Shown in pieces: positions 56,155-64,000 of a DNA stretch of 64,000 nucleotides (its first letter is position 1; each line of letters starts with the position of its first letter). The position numbers and the translations under genes are program-made. Under the pieces are notes generated by a model. It was not told the origin of the DNA. It was given only the letters and a program-made list of their open reading frames with translations, and did no database searches. Location of the stretch: positions 1-64,000 of IMG/VR virus record IMGVR_UViG_3300017963_000190. The stretch is one strand, 5' to 3'.

Positions 56155-57810
56155 TTAGTTGGCGTCGGTGGGAACGAAGACTTGGCGGTAGTCGTCCACA
56201 TCGATGTTGGAGGCTTCTGGATCGTTGGGATCGTTGGCTTTGCGCTGCTTAGCACCCCACTGGCGCACACGTTCCAGGGTGCCGTCTCCCTGCCAACCTT
56301 CGAGGACTGGACGGATCAGCTTGGAAGCATTGACGACGTCTTCCTCGGTCAAGGCCCGGTCTTCGTAGTTGGCAAGCATGAGAGCATCCGTCACAGCCTG
56401 CTCAACCTCAGCTGGGGTGTATCCAGCAAGCTGTTTGGCGACCTGTCCAAAGTCCAGCTCCAGCTCAGAGACGAGCTTGTCTGCGGCTACTGAGCGCCAC
56501 TTTTTGGAGATGACACTAAGAACCTTCACTCGATCCGCGGTGTTAGGTACATCGATCCAGAATTTGGTGTCGAAGCGGCCGGCGCGGAAGAACTCCGCGG
56601 GTACCTTCAACGGATCATTGGCGGTACCGATGATGTAGATGGGTTTGTCAACTTCTGCCAACCAAGTCAGAAAATCATTACCAACGCGCGCCGTCGTGCC
56701 GCCGTCCGTCTCCGATGCACCCCCGCCGAATCCCTGCAGGCCCTTCTCGATCTCATCGATCCACAGGATGCAGGGAGCCAGCGCTTCCACCACCTGGCGG
56801 GCCTGGCGCCAGTTACTCTCAGATTGCCCCTGGAATTTTCCAAAGAGCGCGCCAATGTTCAGCCGGATGACCGGCAGCTTCCAGGCAATGCCTACGCATT
56901 TTGCGGTGAGGCTCTTGCCCACGCCAGGAGGTCCGGCGAAAAGGGCGCCACGTGGGCGTGGGGTCTTCGTTTCGCGCTGTGAGAGCACGAAAGAGGAGTG
57001 GGCGATGATCAGGTAGTCCTTGAGCAGGTCAAGGCCACCGATGTCATCCATACCCGAAAGCAGGGGCTCAATCCATTCTAGCGCTTCGCTCTTGAGGAGT
57101 GCGCGCTTTGACTTCAAGAGCACCTCAGGCTCCACCGTGCCTACCTCAGCCAGCGAAACAGCTAGGGCCTGCTGCGCCTGCTGGTCTTCCAGACCAACCA
57201 ACGCGTCCAGCACCTGGTCCATTTTACCCTCTGCCTCGATTGCCTTTTGGATACGGTCACCCGCTTCGCCAGGAATAGATTCCACCATACCGGTGACAGT
57301 GCGCCGCAGCTCCTCTCGGTTTGGCAATGCCAGCTCCACCTCAATGAATTCCTGTGGCGCCGCTTCTTTGTCCACCACCACTACCTGCACCCAGTCCTGT
57401 GGCTTAGATGAGCGTGCCTGCTTGGCCAGGTCTTTGAGCAGCCGGGCAGCCTGGAGTCGGTTGGGAGAGTTTTCAGCGATGTGGCCGGAGAGATCTTCCA
57501 TGATGACCATGATCGGCCCACCGCGTTTGAAGTCGATCAGGTACTCAAGGATGCCGTCGGCCTGCTGGTCCAGTGGACCGAAGGCTGGGTTTTTGCACAG
57601 CGTGGCCAGGTCCGTACGCGGCTTCGTGTCTTTACCAACCTCCAGGAGGCCAGTGGACGACTTCCAAATAAACACACTCCGGAACTTCAGTGCGGCTGCC
57701 GCTCCAATGAGGTGCCCCTCAGCTCGCTTTTCTTCGTTGGTGCGCGCCCAGATAAGGCCGGAGCGGGCGCGGATGAGCATCTGAACTGTGTTGGAGAATT
57801 TCTTACACAT
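56155..57810 (-). CDS. AAA+ ATPase (Ycf46/SpoVK-like)
   Basis: GPPGVGKS, WIDEIEKG, TANDP..PAEFFRAGRFD. Confidence 0.9.
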   Translation of the reverse strand: MCKKFSNTVQMLIRARSGLIWARTNEEKRAEGHLIGAAAALKFRSVFIWKSSTGLLEVGKDTKPRTDLATLCKNPAFGPLDQQADGILEYLIDFKRGGPIMVIMEDLSGHIAENSPNRLQAARLLKDLAKQARSSKPQDWVQVVVVDKEAAPQEFIEVELALPNREELRRTVTGMVESIPGEAGDRIQKAIEAEGKMDQVLDALVGLEDQQAQQALAVSLAEVGTVEPEVLLKSKRALLKSEALEWIEPLLSGMDDIGGLDLLKDYLIIAHSSFVLSQRETKTPRPRGALFAGPPGVGKSLTAKCVGIAWKLPVIRLNIGALFGKFQGQSESNWRQARQVVEALAPCILWIDEIEKGLQGFGGGASETDGGTTARVGNDFLTWLAEVDKPIYIIGTANDPLKVPAEFFRAGRFDTKFWIDVPNTADRVKVLSVISKKWRSVAADKLVSELELDFGQVAKQLAGYTPAEVEQAVTDALMLANYEDRALTEEDVVNASKLIRPVLEGWQGDGTLERVRQWGAKQRKANDPNDPEASNIDVDDYRQVFVPTDAN

Positions 57811-57887
57811 CGTCGTTACCTCCGTTGGCGTTAACTTCTAGGCAAACTATAATCGGAGGTATTGACCGCGTCAAGTTTGACGTCGTA

Positions 57888-58190
57888 TTATTTTTGATGC
57901 ATCGCGTTGTGCATGTGCACGAAGTTAGTGCCCTGCATTTGGGCCTGCTGCACTGCGCGCCGAAAAGCAGGGTGGTTACGTTCCTGTAGAGCTGCCATCA
58001 CGCAGACATCCTTCATCCCATTGGGAAGGGCAGCGCCCACCAGGCGTACTGCGCCATTGGGCATTTTTACGACGCGGGCTGTGCCTTGGGCTAAAGCTTC
58101 CTCGATTTTGGCGAGCGCTTTGCGCCTAGCAGCTTCCTCGCACCGACGTTGCGCTGCTTGCATTTCTTGTAGTCTTCTGTCACACGGCAT
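57888..58190 (-). CDS. hypothetical protein
   Basis: AAGGAGGT RBS. Confidence 0.75.
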   Translation of the reverse strand: MPCDRRLQEMQAAQRRCEEAARRKALAKIEEALAQGTARVVKMPNGAVRLVGAALPNGMKDVCVMAALQERNHPAFRRAVQQAQMQGTNFVHMHNAMHQK

Positions 58191-58371
58191 GTCGTACCTC
58201 CTTCATCACGCAAAGGATAATCTGGTAGCCATGTGGTGTCAAGCCTGTGTGCGGACGTACTAGGGGTATTAGGGGGTAGGGTTACACCCTTTAAGGTAAT
58301 AGATTTACAAAGAGGGCGGGGATGGCCAGCAGGAAAGCCAACCGACTGGAAATGGATTTTGTGTAGAGAGG

Positions 58372-58713
58372 CTACATGCCTCCCATACCCTTGTGCCCCA
58401 CGATGGTGTTGGCCTGATCCAGCAGTTCTGTTGCTTGCTCTTTGATCTCTTCCGCAAACTTCGGCGCATTGGTCACCAGCGTCTGCAAAATAGATACTGC
58501 CTTGGTGGCCATTTGCGGGTTCTCGGCCAGAAGAGCTTGGTGTGCCTGAGTGAGCGTCTTGTCGATGATCTTTACCGCTTCTGTCATGCTACGCCGTAGC
58601 TTGTCAGAGTCAGTTTCATACGCTTGTAAAAACTGCTGCAGCTGCGCAGTCTTGGTTTGCTTCCGGTACAGGACTCCACCAACACGAATGGCGTCTGCAG
58701 GTTTGTCTGCCAT
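58372..58713 (-). CDS. hypothetical protein
   Basis: 113 aa helical. Confidence 0.7.
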   Translation of the reverse strand: MADKPADAIRVGGVLYRKQTKTAQLQQFLQAYETDSDKLRRSMTEAVKIIDKTLTQAHQALLAENPQMATKAVSILQTLVTNAPKFAEEIKEQATELLDQANTIVGHKGMGGM

Positions 58714-58819
58714 GGCTAAATCCTTCCTGATAGTCGTCTGGATTATCCGACGAACGGTTCACGTTGTTTTGGGATGATCAGTATATAGTAATCAGGAAGT
58801 GAAGAGACGCAGGAATGAA

Positions 58820-59218
58820 TCAGGCAGCTTTTTCTTCGGCACGCAGCTCCTTACGCACGCGAGCATGGATTTCTTTTGCAGATTTCTTACCCAGCTCATG
58901 CAGGGATATCAGCGATACCGCCCACAAGATGAAGCGCGTATGCGGAATCATCATGCGCTTCGCGGCGGCTTGGGTGAGCTCCAGATCTTGCGGGTACATG
59001 GTGATGGTGACCATCTTGCGGTCCCGCTCGTCCGGCTCGAACCATTCCGGAAGAAGTTTGAGGGACTTTCCGGAGTTGAAAATACCATTGGCTGCCTCTG
59101 TTGCGCAGGAGGCTATGAACTGGGCCCGTGACATCTGGGTGCGGTTGCAGGCTGCAGTGATGATCTCTCTCATCTGTCTGGGAACACGGATTGACAGTGT
59201 GGTTACGCTATCGGACAT
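58820..59218 (-). CDS. tandem ribbon-helix-helix DNA-binding protein
   Basis: LSIRVP..I..AC..MSRAQFI and a second repeat VTITM..RFI. Confidence 0.65.
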   Translation of the reverse strand: MSDSVTTLSIRVPRQMREIITAACNRTQMSRAQFIASCATEAANGIFNSGKSLKLLPEWFEPDERDRKMVTITMYPQDLELTQAAAKRMMIPHTRFILWAVSLISLHELGKKSAKEIHARVRKELRAEEKAA

Positions 59219-59291
59219 GCTTTCTCTCCTAATCAGTACTAGGACTAGCATAATCATTGGACATTACAGCGTCAAGTTATTTTATTGGATT

Positions 59292-59537
59292 TCAAGGTTC
59301 GGAGAGGAGACGGTCGTCGGATTTGATGCGAACAGTGGCGACATCGCCTGTAGTATTGGTGAGATAGACCTCAGTCTCTCCCCACCAGTAGCGGCAGTCT
59401 TCGAGCTCCGAGTCGATCCTGCCGCAGGCTCTCCGCACCACGTTCAGGTCGGCTTGGTTGCCTCGCGTGATGAAGTGCGCCGGGCGAAAGGTTTTCTTGT
59501 TGACGATCTCGATACGGCGATTAGGGACGGGGCGCAC
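59292..59537 (-). CDS. hypothetical protein
   Basis: fills gap; weak start. Confidence 0.5.
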   Translation of the reverse strand: MRPVPNRRIEIVNKKTFRPAHFITRGNQADLNVVRRACGRIDSELEDCRYWWGETEVYLTNTTGDVATVRIKSDDRLLSEP

Positions 59538-59566
59538 AGTAACTGCTGCCCCGTCCCTGGTGTCTG

Positions 59567-60616
59567 CTACTCGTCGTCGAACAGACTCGCCATCGCCGAA
59601 GGGACCGCGGCGTCAACCTCCTGCTCATCGTCTGGGTCCTCATCCATGACGTCGTCATCGTCCACCATTTGCTCCTCAGGCGCTTCCGTTTCCACCGCCT
59701 GTGTCTCCACAGGCTCCTCGGTTTCCTCAACCCCAGAAGTTTCCTGCACCTCCTCAGCGTCATCTGCGGGGCGCCGCAGTTTCAGCTGCTCAGCGCATGC
59801 AGTCAGGAGCGCATCGCGGTCGGATTCCCCTGTCGCATAGCTCAGCGCCAGCATGACCAGCTCCCGAGCAGTGTACACATCGACGGTGTCCTCTTCCACC
59901 TCCTTGGTGGATAGTGCTGCCACTACCTTGCGCAGCTCCTTCTTGCCAGGGCGCACTGCTGTTCCAGTGATACCTGATGCCGCCTTGGTAGTCTTGGACT
60001 TCTTGCCGCCGGCAGCCTCGATGACACGCTGGACAGCTCGGGGCTGCGCAGCCTCTTTCTTCTTGCGGGCGATCATCAGCGCCGCACTAATAGTGATTTT
60101 GTTACCGTCGACTGCCTGGAGGACTGCCTTCGCGGCACCCGCCAGAGTAATCATTTGGTCTACCCAACCGGGACTGCGGTGGAAGCACTCACCGATTTCT
60201 TTGGAGTCCAGCCCACGTTGCTGATACCGCTGCACCAGGCCGATCTTCTCTGCATAGGTGAGGTCATCCTTGTCCAAGAAGGACTTGGTCATCATGTCCT
60301 CGGCCTGTTCCTCGTTCACATGGAACACGCGCAAAGGAATGGAGATCTTCGCGTTCGGGTCCTTCTCGAAAACCTTGCGCAGGGCTCGGATCCGGCGCTC
60401 ACCGTCGATCAGGATGAAGGGCTGCTCTTTGTTCGCACGGTCCGGCCGCACCCACAGCGCATCGTACAGGCCGTTCTCGGCAATGTCCTCGGCGAGCTCT
60501 GCGATGCGTCGGAACCGCTTGCGTGCGTTGAATCCTTTGCGCACCTGGACCAGTCCGGGGTGATCGATTGAGTAACCGCGGCTGCGATGCACGCCTTCAG
60601 GTAGTTTCTGTCCCAT
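59567..60616 (-). CDS. ParB/Srx N-terminal domain DNA-binding protein with acidic tail
   Basis: FNAR..ELAEDIAENG..LIDGERRIRA; HTH KEIGECFHRS..WV. Confidence 0.85.
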   Translation of the reverse strand: MGQKLPEGVHRSRGYSIDHPGLVQVRKGFNARKRFRRIAELAEDIAENGLYDALWVRPDRANKEQPFILIDGERRIRALRKVFEKDPNAKISIPLRVFHVNEEQAEDMMTKSFLDKDDLTYAEKIGLVQRYQQRGLDSKEIGECFHRSPGWVDQMITLAGAAKAVLQAVDGNKITISAALMIARKKKEAAQPRAVQRVIEAAGGKKSKTTKAASGITGTAVRPGKKELRKVVAALSTKEVEEDTVDVYTARELVMLALSYATGESDRDALLTACAEQLKLRRPADDAEEVQETSGVEETEEPVETQAVETEAPEEQMVDDDDVMDEDPDDEQEVDAAVPSAMASLFDDE

Positions 60617-60718
60617 AAGTAATCCTCCGTTCGTAATTGGGTCGCTGTGCGACCGTTTTTGTTTTCACGTTTTGAGCTTAACCAGCTCGGTTGCGCGTGT
60701 AAAGGTAGCCGGTCAAAT

Positions 60719-60964
60719 TTATTTTGCCGGCAGCTCCAGACGCCCCTCGGCGAAAGCGATGGCGGTTTCGAGCATCAGGATCAACTCCTTGGTCTTCTCA
60801 ACCGTCATGGTTCCAGTGCCTGACACGTTGACGCCATTGAACGCGCGCCTTCCCGGCCGTTCAGGGACTCTTTGTACGGCTACCTGAATCTCCACGTTGC
60901 CTGTGTTATCGGTGGCCAGCGTTACTAGCTCATCGTTGAATGTGTTGGTTCTGATTTCTGCCAT
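60719..60964 (-). CDS. hypothetical protein
   Basis: AGGAGGT RBS, promoter. Confidence 0.75.
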   Translation of the reverse strand: MAEIRTNTFNDELVTLATDNTGNVEIQVAVQRVPERPGRRAFNGVNVSGTGTMTVEKTKELILMLETAIAFAEGRLELPAK

Positions 60965-61031
60965 AACACACCTCCTGTGTGTTTAGTATAAGCCGCTCTG
61001 ATACGCTGTCAATATTGAAAGGCAAATTTTT

Positions 61032-61238
61032 TTACATCCCGAAGAATGTGCTGAGGTGGTCATCCATGCGTCGCCTGAGCTCAGCCTCCATCGTTGGGAT
61101 CGTCTCTGGTGAGAATGAAACGACACCAGTCTGAGACAGATCCTGCATCGTTCTGATCGTGTCCACGAGCTCCGCATCAGTCATCGTTTTGAAGTAGCCC
61201 CGTACTGTCGTTGCATATTTAATTTGATCGTGATTCAT
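61032..61238 (-). CDS. hypothetical protein
   Basis: ACGGAG RBS. Confidence 0.7.
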   Translation of the reverse strand: MNHDQIKYATTVRGYFKTMTDAELVDTIRTMQDLSQTGVVSFSPETIPTMEAELRRRMDDHLSTFFGM

Positions 61239-61264
61239 CGTAATTTCTCCGTTGTCAGTTAAAA

Positions 61265-61390
61265 TGGGAGCGCCGGGAGTCGAACCCAGATCAGAAGAGC
61301 TTGATGAACGGAGGTAAATCGATAACCAAGCCGCGAAGCTCCACGTGTCGGTCGAGGAGTGGTGCTTTTCCGATAGACCACCTCGCTCCT
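61265..61390 (-). ncRNA. tRNA-like RNA (126 nt) with anti-RBS loop
   Basis: acceptor AGGAGCG/CGCTCCC-A, T-arm CTGGG-TTCGACT-CCCGG, D-like arm, own promoter at 61397-61425; no canonical anticodon loop. Confidence 0.7.
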
Positions 61391-61421
61391 GGGCAAAGGA
61401 TAAGCAGATGATACTACAGCG

Positions 61422-61883
61422 TCAAGCTCCGACAGCTGCTTTCTTTTTCCTAGGAGCCTTTTTGGTTTTCTTTGGGGCCGCTTTCTTCTTGGGAGCCTTG
61501 GCAGTTTTACTAGATGCTTTCTTCTTGGGAGCCTTACTAGACTTAGCAGACTTAGCAGACTTTGCAGTTCTCTTCACCGTCCTCTTGGGTTTCGCGAAGG
61601 CGAGCTCCCACGGAGCTCGCGTGGGGAAGGCGTTGTAGATATACTTGGCGGTCTCCTCGTCGATCTGCTTGGTGAGCACGTGGCCACCAGGGCACGAGGC
61701 TACAAGGAAGTACATGGAGGTATTATGTCGCCGTCGCAGCCAAAAAACAGAGTGCATTCCTGCATCTGCTGCTAGGTCCATCCACTTCTTGTTGTCCGCT
61801 CCTACCCAAGGCTTTCCGTCAAGGGGGATGTGCACCTTGCTGGTGGGAACCTCTACATCCGGATTGGATTTTTTTGATGGCAC
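61422..61883 (-). CDS. protein with histone H1-like K/A-rich tail
   Basis: repeated APKKKA/SAK C-terminus. Confidence 0.75.
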   Translation of the reverse strand: MPSKKSNPDVEVPTSKVHIPLDGKPWVGADNKKWMDLAADAGMHSVFWLRRRHNTSMYFLVASCPGGHVLTKQIDEETAKYIYNAFPTRAPWELAFAKPKRTVKRTAKSAKSAKSSKAPKKKASSKTAKAPKKKAAPKKTKKAPRKKKAAVGA

Positions 61884-61963
61884 TGTAATAACTCCTACGA
61901 TAGTAGTAAGGGAACGTCAGCTTTGACAAGCAGGTAAGCGAGCTCGGGAGGAGGCATTGTGGC

Positions 61964-62416
61964 TTATCGAGGTACGCCGAGCCGCTGCGCGTTCTTGTAC
62001 CACTCGGTGAAGGGCTTCCACTCACCTCCGTTGGGCCCACTCAGACGAAATCCCTTGACGAGCACATTAATGTACCTGCCTTCGTCTTTCGCTTTGAGTA
62101 CCATACCATCCAGCTTGGCGTTGTAGTGCGCTCGTAGGCGATCCTCAATCGCCAGGATGGTAGCCAGCCGGGGGTTTTGTAGGACGAAAGTACTGAGATA
62201 CGAATGCGTACGCTTGTTTTCCAGTCCAGTGACCTCGCTTTTGCAGTCTTCGCTAAGACCCTCGGTGAGGAGCTTTTTCACACGGGCTGTTATTCGAGCG
62301 GTAATGCTCTCCCAGTTGAAGTCACCGCGTTTGTATTTTGCGTCTTTTGCCACCGCTAGCTTCTTGGGATGTGGCCTTACCGTGAAATCGATCACGACGA
62401 ACGTTGGTTGTGGCAT
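61964..62416 (-). CDS. hypothetical protein
   Basis: GGAGG RBS. Confidence 0.75.
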   Translation of the reverse strand: MPQPTFVVIDFTVRPHPKKLAVAKDAKYKRGDFNWESITARITARVKKLLTEGLSEDCKSEVTGLENKRTHSYLSTFVLQNPRLATILAIEDRLRAHYNAKLDGMVLKAKDEGRYINVLVKGFRLSGPNGGEWKPFTEWYKNAQRLGVPR

Positions 62417-62472
62417 CTTGGCCTCCGATTGCTGGTTCTGTGTACCTGTATTTTACAATACACGCTCACGAA

Positions 62473-62778
62473 TCAGTCGGTAAGGCCAATCTCTCGCATC
62501 ATCTCTTCTCGCCACGTGCTTCTGTCCTCACCTTTCTTCGCGGCTTTTTTCTTTGCCGTACCTTTTTTCTTGCTCTTGGTGGCGGCATGCCTCCCCCACA
62601 AAAGTTCCCCTCGCTGTTTTGCTTGCGTGTACACCCGGCAAGCTTCTGCCACCGAGATGCGATCTGCTGATCCATTCGTTTTGACGAGGTAATATTCGTC
62701 CTGCGCTTTTGTGGTAGATAGTGTTAGGCCACGCCCAGCCTTTGCCAATGGAGTAAATCCTTCTGATCTCTTACCCAT
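62473..62778 (-). CDS. basic hypothetical protein
   Basis: start MGKRSE, coupled. Confidence 0.7.
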   Translation of the reverse strand: MGKRSEGFTPLAKAGRGLTLSTTKAQDEYYLVKTNGSADRISVAEACRVYTQAKQRGELLWGRHAATKSKKKGTAKKKAAKKGEDRSTWREEMMREIGLTD

Positions 62779-63034
62779 CTTTTTTATCCCCGTTCTTGTC
62801 AATCCCGTCGCTTCGTTTGAACCTGGCCATAAGGGCTTCCCTGTTCTTCCGCAGGTGGCTCCCCTCTTCACGCCAGCGCAAATCCACTTCGTGTTTCTTG
62901 TAAGGCTGCCAGGTATAAAGAGGGCATCCAGTTACTTGGCAGTCAATTCTGCCATCCACCATGTCTCCGCAGCAAATGAAGCACATGGCGCGCATGGCCT
63001 CTTTGCGTCCAGGTTTGTTTGTCTTGGTGCTCAA
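62771..63034 (-). CDS. small Cys-rich protein
   Basis: AMRAMCFICCG..DC...CPLY. Confidence 0.75.
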   Translation of the reverse strand: MSTKTNKPGRKEAMRAMCFICCGDMVDGRIDCQVTGCPLYTWQPYKKHEVDLRWREEGSHLRKNREALMARFKRSDGIDKNGDKKDG

Positions 63035-63279
63035 TGCCCAAGTCCTCCGTTCACTTCCTGTGCACGTCTGCGGCCATTGCGGTCACAGAAGACGCGGATC
63101 TCCGCAACGAAGTCTTCCTCTGAAACGTCTTCGTGCAGCTCTAGTGCGATGACCTGCACGCGTGTTTCTTTTTTACCGTTGCGCTTTTTGATCACGCGTG
63201 AGCCGTGGTGCTCCAGGTTGTAGAAGCTGCCTGGCTCCAGTTGGTTTCCGTTAATAATTTCCATCCCTTTAAAAAGCAT
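63031..63279 (-). CDS. hypothetical protein
   Basis: AAGGAG RBS. Confidence 0.7.
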   Translation of the reverse strand: MLFKGMEIINGNQLEPGSFYNLEHHGSRVIKKRNGKKETRVQVIALELHEDVSEEDFVAEIRVFCDRNGRRRAQEVNGGLGH

Positions 63280-63287
63280 AGCTCTCC

Positions 63288-64000
63288 TTACGATACAGCA
63301 AGATGTGTTTTAGGTGTGATGATGAAGGGCGCAGCCTCGAACTCCCCTGGAGCCATCACTGCCAGCTGGGCGTTGACACGCTCTCTCAGCGTTGCCGCGG
63401 TCTGCGCCAGCCAGCGGACATCTTTCTGCTCGTAACGGTCGTGGGGGTAAAGTAGCTTGGCCAGCGCGGACGTGGTCTTCTCGATAGCAACCACATCCCG
63501 TCGGGTGGCCGCTGCAGGCATCTGCAGATCATTTATGAGATGTCGCCGGCTCCGGCCGCGTAGCTTCCCCAGCACCTGGCCAAGGTAGTCCACGATCAAC
63601 CCGTAACCGGAGCTAAGAGACCGTGGAGTGATCTTGGGGATCTCCCACCCAGGCAGGTAAGCGTGGATCCTGTCGAGAAGTGCGGTGTCCTGCACAACAG
63701 TTGGGAGCTCCTCGAAAAGATGTTTGTAGCGTGAAGCCGGGGAGCTCCCTTCGACTTCCAGGTTACCTGTCATGACCAGCGAGGCATCTGAGGAGTAGGT
63801 CTTTCCTCCGCGAGCAAATTGCCCACTCTCCAGGTAGTCCTTCAGCATGGAGATTGTCGTCACGCTATCGAATTGTGTATCCGCAATCTCATCAAGCACC
63901 ACTACCTTGAAGCTTCCGACAATGCCCAGCTCGCCGCTGGACACGTTGGCGAAAAGGGATGCGGCGGACACGTTGGCACCAGACGCAGTATAGACGCTAG
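63288..64000 (-). CDS. brxL: BrxL-like ATPase (BREX Lon-related), 5'-truncated by window, lacking the C-terminal Lon domain
   Basis: A.LF.N..G.VG..VVLDEIA, LKDYLESG.FARG, DTALLDRIHAYLPGWEIPK, YG.IVDY. Confidence 0.85.
   Translation of the reverse strand, partial: SVYTASGANVSAASLFANVSSGELGIVGSFKVVVLDEIADTQFDSVTTISMLKDYLESGQFARGGKTYSSDASLVMTGNLEVEGSSPASRYKHLFEELPTVVQDTALLDRIHAYLPGWEIPKITPRSLSSGYGLIVDYLGQVLGKLRGRSRRHLINDLQMPAAATRRDVVAIEKTTSALAKLLYPHDRYEQKDVRWLAQTAATLRERVNAQLAVMAPGEFEAAPFIITPKTHLAVS

Larger units (their letters stand above)
20386..61425 (-). promoter_or_regulatory. family of dozens of sigma70-type early promoters (TTGACN-N16/17-TAYNYT), about one per transcription unit
   Basis: e.g. 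20386-20413, 20888-20915, 31003-31030, 42447-42474, 52419-52446, 61397-61425; A/T tracts upstream in the 20-41 kb block. Confidence 0.85.

Noticed and set aside
14993-60571. Long plus-strand ORFs (e.g. 14993-15862, 57020-57784, 58815-59840)
   Set aside because: They are antisense shadows of well-supported minus-strand genes, with no RBS or recognisable motifs.
61265-61390. Canonical tRNA, tRNA-Sec or tmRNA
   Set aside because: It is 126 nt with no U33 or standard anticodon loop, no UCA anticodon and no tag ORF. It is kept as a tRNA-like ncRNA.
1-64000. Genome-wide stop-codon reassignment
   Set aside because: TAA, TAG and TGA all end genes at tight junctions and coding density is high under code 11. 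Only one in-frame TGA was noticed.

Overview
The window looks like part of a large dsDNA phage genome, covering an early/host-takeover and accessory region with no structural genes. Nearly all of the ~140 genes are on the minus strand, and most are short hypothetical proteins. It has four parts. (1) 1-18.7 kb is a tightly coupled operon of small, often Zn-finger proteins, including DUF262, an SF2-helicase-like domain and an excisionase-type HTH. (2) 18.8-19.95 kb is non-coding, with nested GGATCC inverted repeats and a phased GTNAC array. (3) 19.95-41.3 kb is a modular array of 1-4-gene cassettes, each with its own sigma70-type promoter and extended RBS (CCGGAGGTAA) and often a terminator. The cassettes are separated by a conserved TTGAC-N16-TAACGCGTGAGGGTTWAACC element, which occurs 23 times in the window (19 forward, 4 inverted, one outlier at 49.8 kb). 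Cargo includes RadC/JAB, a GHKL-ATPase/HExxH protein, a ComM-like ATPase fragment and an RpoH-like sigma factor. (4) 41.5-64 kb holds more promoter-rich small genes (RBS AACGGAGGTAA), including GIY-YIG, Lar-like, bL12-CTD, AAA ATPase, ParB-like and a partial BrxL-like gene. The most notable candidates are the cassette-delimiting element and two promoter-driven structured RNAs (42.3 kb and a tRNA-like one at 61.3 kb). Each RNA carries the exact reverse complement of one of the phage's two extended-RBS classes and lies just upstream of the gene block using that class. All family assignments come from motif recognition by eye; no searches were run.
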